DNA from: an uncultured Bacteroidota bacterium
GTDB lineage: Bacteria; Bacteroidota; Bacteroidia; Chitinophagales; LD1
DNA: 64,000 bases
Direction of reading: 5' to 3'
Assembly: GCA_937894725.1 (NCBI GenBank)
Contig: CALAYL010000054.1
Coordinates: 617-64,616 of the forward strand
In this document: positions 56,382-64,000 of the stretch, piece by piece
Position numbering within the stretch: the first letter of the stretch is position 1
How the letters are laid out: every line of letters starts with the position of its first letter
Made by a program: the position numbers and the translations under genes
The notes under the pieces: generated by a model
The model's input: only the letters and a program-made list of their open reading frames with translations
Told to the model about the DNA's origin: nothing
Databases searched by the model: none

Positions 56382-57860
56382 ATGGCAACAAGAAATACCC
56401 CCACAGACAGATTTGAAAAGCTAGGAATTACTTTTGACGATGTACTGCTGGTGCCGTCATATTCTGAAATATTGCCCCGCGACACATCACTCCGTACAAA
56501 GCTTACCAAAAACATTGACATTCACATTCCGATAGTATCGGCTGCAATGGATACTGTAACCGAATCGGCCATGGCCATCGCTATAGCTCGAGAAGGGGGT
56601 ATGGGCATTTTGCACAAAAACATGAGCATAGAACGCCAAGCTGAGCAGGTGCGCAAAGTAAAGCGTGCTGATAGCGGCATGATTCTCGACCCTATCACAC
56701 TACTCGTAAATGCGACCGTAGGCGATGCACTAAAACTAATGAGCGAAAACAAAATTGGTGGTATTCCGATTGTAAATACAGACAAAAAATTAGTTGGCAT
56801 TTTGACAAACAGAGATTTGCGTTTTGAGAAAAATGTAAAGAAAAAAGTCTCTGAAGCCATGACTACAGAAAACTTAATCACCGCACCTAAAGGGACTGAC
56901 CTCAAAAAGGCAGAAACAATTTTGGAGCGATACAAGATCGAAAAATTGCCCGTGGTAGATAAGCAAGGTGTTTTAGTAGGTTTGATTACTTACAAGGATA
57001 TTTTGAAACTCAAATCTCATCCCTCATCGAGCAAAGACCAATATGGCCGTTTGCTTTGTGGAGCAGCTGTGGGAGTAACGCCCGATATCAATACACGTAT
57101 CGAAGCCCTTTTGGGGGTAAGCGTAGATGTAGTCGTGATCGACACTGCTCATGGACACTCAAGAGGGGTGATAGATGCCGTGCGCAAAGCCAAAAAGGAT
57201 TTTAAAAATATCGAAATTATATCAGGCAATATAGCCACAGCCGAAGCCGCAAAAGCTTTGATAGCAGCAGGGGCAGATGGTGTGAAAGTAGGTATAGGGC
57301 CAGGCTCTATTTGCACCACTCGCATCGTGGCAGGTGTAGGAGTACCTCAGCTCTCTGCAATCAGTGATGTATATGCCGTAGCAAAAAAATATGGAGTACC
57401 GATAATAGCCGATGGCGGTATTCGCTATACTGGCGATGTCGTAAAAGCCCTCGCAGCAGGAGCTGACACTGTGATGGCAGGTAGTCTTTTTGCTGGTACG
57501 GATGAAAGCCCAGGAGAGTCTATTATATATGAGGGTAGAAGATTCAAATCGTATCGGGGTATGGGCTCAGTGGAGGCGATGCAAGAAGGTTCAAAAGATC
57601 GCTATTTTCAAGATGCAGAAGATGATGTCAAAAAACTAGTGCCAGAAGGTATAGTTGGAAGAGTGCCTTATAAAGGCTCAGTAGCCGAAATTATCTATCA
57701 GTATGTGGGTGGATTGCGGGCAGGCATGGGTTATTGTGGGGCAAAGAATATGGCAGAACTCAAAAAGGCAAAATTTGTTCGTATTACCTCGTCTGGAATC
57801 AACGAGTCTCATCCTCACGATGTGATGATAACTAAGGAAGCACCTAATTATTCGAGATAG
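56382..57860 (+). CDS. guaB: IMP dehydrogenase
   Basis: 492 aa. Inserted CBS pair, catalytic loop [11 protein letters not shown], and GGIRYTGD. Confidence 0.97.
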   Translation: MATRNTPTDRFEKLGITFDDVLLVPSYSEILPRDTSLRTKLTKNIDIHIPIVSAAMDTVTESAMAIAIAREGGMGILHKNMSIERQAEQVRKVKRADSGMILDPITLLVNATVGDALKLMSENKIGGIPIVNTDKKLVGILTNRDLRFEKNVKKKVSEAMTTENLITAPKGTDLKKAETILERYKIEKLPVVDKQGVLVGLITYKDILKLKSHPSSSKDQYGRLLCGAAVGVTPDINTRIEALLGVSVDVVVIDTAHGHSRGVIDAVRKAKKDFKNIEIISGNIATAEAAKALIAAGADGVKVGIGPGSICTTRIVAGVGVPQLSAISDVYAVAKKYGVPIIADGGIRYTGDVVKALAAGADTVMAGSLFAGTDESPGESIIYEGRRFKSYRGMGSVEAMQEGSKDRYFQDAEDDVKKLVPEGIVGRVPYKGSVAEIIYQYVGGLRAGMGYCGAKNMAELKKAKFVRITSSGINESHPHDVMITKEAPNYSR

Positions 57861-58146
57861 ATTTTGTGATTTCCCTAATCCACAAAATGTGGGTAACCCA
57901 ATTTGGTTTGGGCAGGCTAATACTTGCTACACCTTTTTTCAAAACTAACAAGAAAAAGTGCCTTTAAAGTTTTTCCACATCACCAATCCTTTTGATACAA
58001 ACGATTTAAAAATATTGGTAGGACAATCGCACATTCTGTGTTGATAAATGGGGTTGATTCAATATCATAATGAATTTATATTCGTGTCATTGTTCAACCG
58101 TCTGAACATTTCTACTAGATATTAGACAACTATACAATATACAAAA

Positions 58147-61100
58147 ATGGCAAAAAACACCTCAACCAAAGGTCTAAGTATATCTCGACACTATACTCAA
58201 GATAACACCAGCCCTTACGATTTGTTTCAGTACGAACTGAGAAGCAGCGTAATTCGTAACCCAAAAGGCGATGCCGTGTTTGAAATGAATAATGTAGAAG
58301 TGCCTGCAAGTTGGAGTCAGGTAGCTACCGACATTTTAGCACAAAAATATTTTAGAAAAGCAGGAGTACCTCAAGCAGATGGCACGCTAGGTGGAGAAAC
58401 CTCTATCAAGCAAGTGGCACATCGAATGGCTGACTGCTGGAGAAGCTGGGGTGAGCGATATGGCTACTTTGCTAGTAAAAGAGATGCAGGGATATTCTAT
58501 GATGAAATCGTGTATTCTATCATAGCTCAGATGACAGCACCCAACTCCCCACAGTGGTTCAATACAGGTTTGCACACCGCTTATGGCATCACAGGTAAGC
58601 CACAAGGGCACTTTTTTGTAAATCCAGAAACGGGATTGCTCGAGAAATCAACATCAGCTTATGAGCGTCCACAACCACACGCTTGTTTTATCCTTTCAGT
58701 TACCGATGATTTAGTAAACGAAGGGGGTATCATGGATCTTTGGACTCGTGAAGCGCGTATCTTCAAATACGGCTCTGGCGTAGGTACAAATTTCTCGAAC
58801 GTGCGTGGTGAAGGGGAAACACTTTCGGGAGGAGGTACATCATCAGGGTTGATGTCTTTTTTGAAAATAGGTGATAGCGCAGCAGGCGCTATCAAATCGG
58901 GTGGTACTACACGTAGAGCCGCCAAAATGGTTTGTCTTGATTTAGACCATCCAGAGGTGATTGATTTCATCGATTGGAAAATGAAAGAAGAAGATAAAGT
59001 AAAAGCCCTTATTGACGCAGGATATAGCAATCACTATGAAGGTGAGGCTTATCGCACTGTTTCTGGTCAAAATTCAAACAATTCTATCCGTGTACCAAAC
59101 GCATTTTTTAATGCTTTAGAAAATGGTGGCGATTGGCATCTAAAAGCACGTACAGACGGACGTACTATGAAAACGATTGAGGCTCGTGCACTTTGGAATA
59201 AAGTAGCAGAAGCAGCTTGGAGATGCGCTGATCCAGGTATTCAATATGACACGACTATCAACGAGTGGCATACTTGCCCAGCAGATGGCCCTATCAGAGC
59301 ATCTAACCCATGCTCGGAGTATATGTTTTTGGACAATACGGCTTGTAATCTTGCCTCATTTAACTTGATGAAATTTTACAATGCAGAGACCCTCACATTT
59401 GATGTGAAAGGATTTGAGTACATGTCTCGTTTATGGACTATGGTGCTCGAAATCTCTGTATTGATGGCGCAATTCCCATCGCCAGAGGTAGCGCAGTTGT
59501 CGTATGAGTTTAGAACTTTAGGACTAGGCTACGCTAATCTTGGTACTCTATTGATGGTGTCGGGCATACCGTACGATTCAGACAAGGGGCGAGCTATAGG
59601 TGGCGCTATCACGGCTATCATGACCGGTATAGCGTACAAGACTTCGGCTGAAATGGCTGGTGCATTGGGTACATTTGCAGGCTATGAGCGAAACAAAGAA
59701 CACATGATGCGTGTAATGCGCAACCACCGATATGCGGCATATAATGTAAGCTCAGATACCTATGAAGGTATTGAAATAAAGCCATTGGGTATAGACCAAG
59801 CCAACTGCCCAGACTATCTACTCAAAGCAGCTTGCAATGCATGGGACGAGGCTCTGCAATATGGTGAAAAATACGGCTACAGAAACGCGCAAACAACGGT
59901 AATCGCCCCTACAGGTACTATAGGTCTAGTAATGGATTGCGATACTACAGGAGTAGAGCCAGACTATGCACTCGTGAAATTCAAAAAACTATCGGGCGGT
60001 GGTTACTTCAAAATCATCAACCAATCTATCCCTTCAGCATTGCGCACACTTGGCTACACTCCAGCGCAGGTAGATGCTATCGTCACCTATGCTAAGGGAG
60101 CAGGGACACTTGCCGGATGTCCGGTTATCAATCCAGAAAGTCTTTTCCAAAAAGGATTAAATAACGATGATATAGCGAATATTGAAAAGCAATTAGGAGC
60201 AGCATTTGACATTACTTTTGTGTTCAATGCATGGACACTCGGAGAGGAGACCATGCAGCGTATAGGCATTTCGAAAGAAATATATAATGCCGAAGGATTT
60301 AATCTATTGCGCAAATTAGGCTATACCAAAGCCGAAATCGAAGCAGCCAATGTATATGCGTGTGGTACAATGACCATAGAAGGTGCGCCTTTCTTGAAAC
60401 CAGAGCACTATGCGGTGTTTGACACGGCAGGTAAGTGCGGTACTATAGGCACTCGTTTTATCCATGCTACTGGCCATATCAAAATGATGGCAGCAGCGCA
60501 GCCTTTCCTATCGGGTGCAATTTCTAAAACAATCAATCTACCTAACGAAGCTACTGTAGAAGACATTCAAGAATGCTACGAACTTAGCTGGAGATTGGGT
60601 CTCAAAGCAAATGCACTTTACCGTGACGGATGCAAGCTTTCTCAACCGCTTTCTAATAAGAAAGATGATGAAAAAGAAGAAGCAGCGGCTACTGTAGCGA
60701 CTCCAGAAGCACCACGTGAGGGCTTTAGTAAGCTTACTCCAGAGGAAGTGCTTGAGGCTGCTCGTATCTTGATGCAAGAATCGACCGATACACAGTTTAA
60801 AACAGAATTGGCACGTATCGTAGAGCGAAAAAAACTGCCCGCGAAGCGTGAAGGATTTACTCAAAAAGCAAAAATAGATGGACAAACTGTCTTTGTACGC
60901 ACAGGGCAATATGATGACGGAAAATTAGGCGAAATATTTGTGGATATGCACAAAGAAGGTGCTTCATTTAGAAGTTTGATGAACTGCTTCGCCATCTCTG
61001 TATCCTTAGGGTTACAATATGGTGTGCCACTTGAAGAGTTTGTTTCTAAGTTTACTTTCACTCGTTTCGAGCCGAGCGGCATGGTAGAGCATCCAAATAT

Positions 61101-61449
61101 CAAAAACGCTACTTCGGTTGTAGATTATATTTTTAGACTGCTAGCACTCGAATATCTAGGACGTACAGACCTTGTACATGTACCACCTGCTATACTCGAA
61201 GAAGACGGTATCGACACAGACGAAATAAGCCATGAAGCTGAAGGTGAAAATTTGATCGTATCTCCAAAGATATTAAAGACGAGCAACGAAAAAAAGCAAC
61301 ACACGATGAAATTGGCAAGCAACGCCTTGATAGAGCAAGCTAAGGGACTAGGCGAAGGACCTACTTGTAGAGAGTGCGGCTATGTGACCATGCGTAGTGG
61401 AGCTTGCTACAAATGCCCTAACTGTGGTACACAGACAGGTTGCAGTTAG
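58147..61449 (+). CDS. nrdJ: Adenosylcobalamin-dependent (class II) ribonucleotide reductase, long form
   Basis: 1100 aa. Active-site region [22 protein letters not shown] and a finger-loop Cys context. The long C-terminal extension contains ...[15 protein letters not shown]... It ends in the Cys cluster [27 protein letters not shown]. Confidence 0.92.
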   Translation: MAKNTSTKGLSISRHYTQDNTSPYDLFQYELRSSVIRNPKGDAVFEMNNVEVPASWSQVATDILAQKYFRKAGVPQADGTLGGETSIKQVAHRMADCWRSWGERYGYFASKRDAGIFYDEIVYSIIAQMTAPNSPQWFNTGLHTAYGITGKPQGHFFVNPETGLLEKSTSAYERPQPHACFILSVTDDLVNEGGIMDLWTREARIFKYGSGVGTNFSNVRGEGETLSGGGTSSGLMSFLKIGDSAAGAIKSGGTTRRAAKMVCLDLDHPEVIDFIDWKMKEEDKVKALIDAGYSNHYEGEAYRTVSGQNSNNSIRVPNAFFNALENGGDWHLKARTDGRTMKTIEARALWNKVAEAAWRCADPGIQYDTTINEWHTCPADGPIRASNPCSEYMFLDNTACNLASFNLMKFYNAETLTFDVKGFEYMSRLWTMVLEISVLMAQFPSPEVAQLSYEFRTLGLGYANLGTLLMVSGIPYDSDKGRAIGGAITAIMTGIAYKTSAEMAGALGTFAGYERNKEHMMRVMRNHRYAAYNVSSDTYEGIEIKPLGIDQANCPDYLLKAACNAWDEALQYGEKYGYRNAQTTVIAPTGTIGLVMDCDTTGVEPDYALVKFKKLSGGGYFKIINQSIPSALRTLGYTPAQVDAIVTYAKGAGTLAGCPVINPESLFQKGLNNDDIANIEKQLGAAFDITFVFNAWTLGEETMQRIGISKEIYNAEGFNLLRKLGYTKAEIEAANVYACGTMTIEGAPFLKPEHYAVFDTAGKCGTIGTRFIHATGHIKMMAAAQPFLSGAISKTINLPNEATVEDIQECYELSWRLGLKANALYRDGCKLSQPLSNKKDDEKEEAAATVATPEAPREGFSKLTPEEVLEAARILMQESTDTQFKTELARIVERKKLPAKREGFTQKAKIDGQTVFVRTGQYDDGKLGEIFVDMHKEGASFRSLMNCFAISVSLGLQYGVPLEEFVSKFTFTRFEPSGMVEHPNIKNATSVVDYIFRLLALEYLGRTDLVHVPPAILEEDGIDTDEISHEAEGENLIVSPKILKTSNEKKQHTMKLASNALIEQAKGLGEGPTCRECGYVTMRSGACYKCPNCGTQTGCS

Positions 61450-61470
61450 TCTTTCAGCTTAAAAAATATA

Positions 61471-61503
61471 AAAAAACCGCGCTCAAATGAGGCGGTTTTT
61501 TTA
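61471..61503. terminator. Bidirectional rho-independent terminator between nrdJ and the CBS gene
   Basis: AAAAAACCGC (61471-61480) pairs with GCGGTTTTTT (61492-61501). A and T runs lie on both sides. Confidence 0.75.
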
Positions 61504-61507
61504 TTTA

Positions 61508-62173
61508 TTATACATTCAAAAAGTGAATCAATGCATCGTAGCGGTCTTTGAGATCCTCGCTATATTCTTTTTCGTGAAAATAGCCTTTGATTTCAAAGCC
61601 ATATCGTTCTAGTGAGGCGATAGAAGCGGCAAGGTCATTGCTATTCGTTTTTACGGTAATTTCGACTATTCCTTTCGCCTGGTCAATATTGGTATAAAGT
61701 GCAAGTACTTTCACATCATTGAGTTCGATAGCACGTACCACATCTGACAATACAAAATCATTGAAGGGTACTATGACCTCAAGTATGCCTCCTTCATCAA
61801 TGATAGAGTTGAGTTCTGAAAAAGATTTCAGGCAACTTTCTGCCGATATCACACCTAGGTATTTATTGCCTTCTTCGCTTAGAATAGGGATTATTTTAGA
61901 GTTGTAGGCGAGAGCAGCTTTCATTACATCAAAGAGATGTGAGTTTTCGGTTACATGCGGCTTTCGGAGGTTTTTGTGAATAGCAGAAAGGGGTTCGTTG
62001 AGATGTTTTAAAAGCAAAATCTCTTCGATAGAAATAATACCAATATACTCCTGTTGCGCTATTACGGGCATTTGATTTACATTCAGATCGTGCATGATCA
62101 TCATGGCCTCTTCTCCAGTATTGTGGTAGTAGAGTGGGGGCAGTTGGTTATTTACTATTTCGCGAGCTATCAT
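61508..62173 (-). CDS. CBS-domain pair protein with a C-terminal ACT-like domain
   Basis: 221 aa. Two CBS motifs (NVNQMPVIAQQEYIGIIS; SKIIPILSEEGNKYLGVIS) are followed by an ~80-aa beta-alpha-beta region. Confidence 0.75.
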   Translation of the reverse strand: MIAREIVNNQLPPLYYHNTGEEAMMIMHDLNVNQMPVIAQQEYIGIISIEEILLLKHLNEPLSAIHKNLRKPHVTENSHLFDVMKAALAYNSKIIPILSEEGNKYLGVISAESCLKSFSELNSIIDEGGILEVIVPFNDFVLSDVVRAIELNDVKVLALYTNIDQAKGIVEITVKTNSNDLAASIASLERYGFEIKGYFHEKEYSEDLKDRYDALIHFLNV

Positions 62174-62199
62174 ACACTATAAACGAAGAAAAGATGGGT

Positions 62200-62970
62200 T
62201 TAGTTTCCTTCTTGATATACTTTCTTCAAAAATCGTTCCATACATGTGTTAAATTCGGCCGGCACCTCCATCATAGGGGCGTGACCGCACTTTTCGATGA
62301 TGGTCAAGTCTGAATTTTTAAGTAATTTATGAAATTCTTCACCCACAAAAGGAGGGGTGATTGAGTCTGTAGCTCCCCAAATCAAATTGCAGGGTACGGT
62401 TATTTTTTCGAGCTCGTCACGGAGATTGTTTCGCACGGCCGATTTGGCTATGAATACTACTCTGAGCGCTTTCTCACGTGTATTTACAATATCATACACT
62501 TCATCTACGAGTTCGTCTGTTGCAAGGTCTGGATTATAAAAGGTCTCTGCTGTTTTGCGTTTGATATAACTTTTGTCGCTTTTGCGAGGATATTGATCAC
62601 CCAAAGAAGCTTCAAACAAACCAGAACTTGCCGTGAGGGTCATTGATTTGATGAGTTCTTGTCTGCGAAGCGTGAGCAATAGTGCAATATGACCTCCAAG
62701 CGAATTGCCGATAAGATTGATGTCTTTGTAGCCTTTGAAGTCAATAAACGCCTCTACATAATCGACCATGCCTGTCACGCTCGTTTTGTCCAAATCTAAA
62801 GTGTATAGCGGCAAAATGGGTATAACTACGGTGTAATTAGGGCTGAAAAAATCCGTTACATCTTTGAAATTGGAGAGTGCACCGAATAGACCATGAAGAT
62901 TCATGATGATAGGGCCTTGTCCCAGTTCTACATATTTAAATCCGTTTTCTTCTATAATTTCTAAAGACAT
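62200..62970 (-). CDS. Alpha/beta-fold hydrolase
   Basis: 256 aa. HGLFG oxyanion region, nucleophile elbow GNSLGG, C-terminal CGHAPMME. Confidence 0.8.
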   Translation of the reverse strand: MSLEIIEENGFKYVELGQGPIIMNLHGLFGALSNFKDVTDFFSPNYTVVIPILPLYTLDLDKTSVTGMVDYVEAFIDFKGYKDINLIGNSLGGHIALLLTLRRQELIKSMTLTASSGLFEASLGDQYPRKSDKSYIKRKTAETFYNPDLATDELVDEVYDIVNTREKALRVVFIAKSAVRNNLRDELEKITVPCNLIWGATDSITPPFVGEEFHKLLKNSDLTIIEKCGHAPMMEVPAEFNTCMERFLKKVYQEGN

Positions 62971-63167
62971 GTGTTCGTTTATGGGGTAAAAATAGCCTTT
63001 AATTCGATTTTGTAGCTAAGAAAGTGAAAGGTGGCGAAATAAAAAAAGAGTTTTTTGTTATACGATTGTGGATGTTAGGCTAGGGAAAGCTGTAGCTATG
63101 GTGGTGAATTTACCAAGTCAAAGTGTAGATGCCAAAGACTTGTTCGGCTATAGTCGGTAGTGCATGA

Positions 63168-63205
63168 AAAAAAAAGCTTACCCAATTTTTTTGGTAAGCT
63201 TTTTG
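63168..63205 (-). terminator. Rho-independent terminator of the LTXXQ-protein gene
   Basis: AAAGCTTACC (63173-63182) pairs with GGTAAGCTTT (63193-63202). On the minus strand the hairpin is followed by a run of 9 T. Confidence 0.75.
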
Positions 63206-63227
63206 TTATATCAGAACAACGCAACAA

Positions 63228-63668
63228 CTAGTCTTCTAGCTCATCGTGCGGTGCGCCTTTGGGGCCTTTGTCTCCTTTATTTTGTTGTCGTTTTGCCTTT
63301 GCTTCTGCCCAAGCTTGTTCTACTTGTTGGTATTGTGTAGCTGTGAGTGTTTTTTTCAAACCTGCCTTATAATTTAGATTGGCTGTTTTCATAGCAGCTT
63401 TGTCGGCAGGCTCAGTAGCTCTTGCTTTTTTTACAGCCACCATTCTTTCGAGCTGTATGGGATAGATTTTGGCGTACAAATCTTGCGGAAATCCAAATCG
63501 TTTGATCATACCTTCTGTTCTTTTTTTGGCATGCTCTTCGGGCGACAAATTTTGCATTTCCCCTTTTCCACCTTCAGGTCGGGGTCCTTTTCCTGGCCCT
63601 CTTCCTTGGGCATTTACGGCAGTAGCAGTTACTAAAAGTGCTATTACCATCATCATTACCTTTTTCAT
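63228..63668 (-). CDS. Periplasmic Spy/CpxP-like (LTXXQ motif) protein
   Basis: 146 aa with a signal peptide (MKKVMMMVIALLVTATAVNA). It has a Gly/Pro/Lys-rich linker, helical repeats with an LTATQ (LTXXQ) motif, and a basic/acidic C-terminal tail. Confidence 0.6.
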   Translation of the reverse strand: MKKVMMMVIALLVTATAVNAQGRGPGKGPRPEGGKGEMQNLSPEEHAKKRTEGMIKRFGFPQDLYAKIYPIQLERMVAVKKARATEPADKAAMKTANLNYKAGLKKTLTATQYQQVEQAWAEAKAKRQQNKGDKGPKGAPHDELED

Positions 63669-64000
63669 GTTGTTTGTTTTTATTGGTTTAAAATATTAAT
63701 GATAAGATAGACACAATCAAGACAAGTTTAATGGGCGAAAATTTATTTTCGTTTCTTAACATATGATGGAATTTTTTAGCTTGTTGAAACGATTTAGGGT
63801 TTTCTATGCTCCCGCATCTTTTGTCCATTTTTGAATCTCAATGCTACCAATGCAGCTAACTCTACTTCAGTGTCGTTTTGTAGCCCCAAAGCAAAAAATG
63901 CGATAAAGAAGTGATATGACAATTTACATTTCTAGCCACACCAGATGATTGCCAATACCCTTGCAAGACACCACCACAACATACTGGTGGACGGAATATT

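Noticed and set aside
57861-58146. Cobalamin riboswitch or NrdR box upstream of nrdJ
   Set aside because: I could not find a B12-box (GCCACTG-type) or the conserved riboswitch core. The best NrdR-like candidates (around 58034-58044 and 58120-58140) are poor palindromes lacking the ACAC...GTGT arms with an AT-rich centre.
58147-61449. Intein inside the unusually long NrdJ
   Set aside because: The catalytic-core sequence is continuous. There are no intein splice-junction motifs (Cys/Ser...His-Asn followed by Cys/Ser/Thr) and no homing-endonuclease blocks. The extra length is the C-terminal extension typical of long-form NrdJ.
1-64000. CRISPR arrays, rRNA genes, IS elements or transposases, integrases
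   Set aside because: I found no regularly spaced direct repeats with unique spacers, no rRNA-like stretches, and no ORF with DDE, serine- or tyrosine-recombinase motifs.
63700-64000. Possible 3' end of a minus-strand gene running out of the window (frame open from 63999 to a TAG near 63860)
   Set aside because: Only about 45 codons are visible, with odd composition (Cys/Trp/Gly-rich) and no recognisable motif. The evidence is insufficient to call it.

Overview
This is a 64-kb chromosomal segment from a member of the Bacteroidota. The evidence for that is several type IX secretion (T9SS) sorting domains, a MoxR/DUF58/BatA/BatB aerotolerance-type operon, a long type-2 IleS, and TAnnTTTG-like -7 promoter boxes. 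I call about 52 protein genes, one tRNA (Arg-UCG), one decayed gene and several rho-independent terminators. I saw no rRNA, CRISPR array, transposase, integrase or reverse transcriptase.

Most of the window is housekeeping:
- Lipid and membrane: fabH, pssA, plsC, fabI, long-chain acyl-CoA ligase.
- Central and nucleotide metabolism: pckA, pepP, purS, guaB, long-form nrdJ.
- DNA repair: recR, uvrA, ligA, recO.
- RNA and translation: rsmI, ileS, trmB, rnc.
- Envelope and transport: lspA, mscS, heme A synthase, kup.

Four patches look accessory:
1. 1-2.5 kb is the right edge of a probable integrated element. It carries a strongly structured non-coding stretch, an orphan 249-aa protein, a secreted thermonuclease and a small HTH protein.
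2. 27.5-29.5 kb holds a decayed small gene plus an orphan 511-aa all-helical protein.
3. 31.5-36.6 kb holds an XRE regulator, a type-B T9SS cargo, a 969-aa phage-tail-fibre-like protein, and a small outer-membrane beta-barrel. The fibre protein combines an S74 self-cleaving chaperone module with a type-A T9SS sorting domain.
4. 37.4-41 kb holds a 997-aa modular T9SS adhesin with a coupled lipoprotein.

I do not see an unambiguous new multi-gene system. The best candidates for follow-up are the fibre cluster, the structured DNA at the element edge, the truncated Bat operon with a chimeric membrane protein, the ethanolamine-permease/GS-like pair and the 511-aa orphan. All family assignments come from motifs read by eye. 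No database search or statistics were run.
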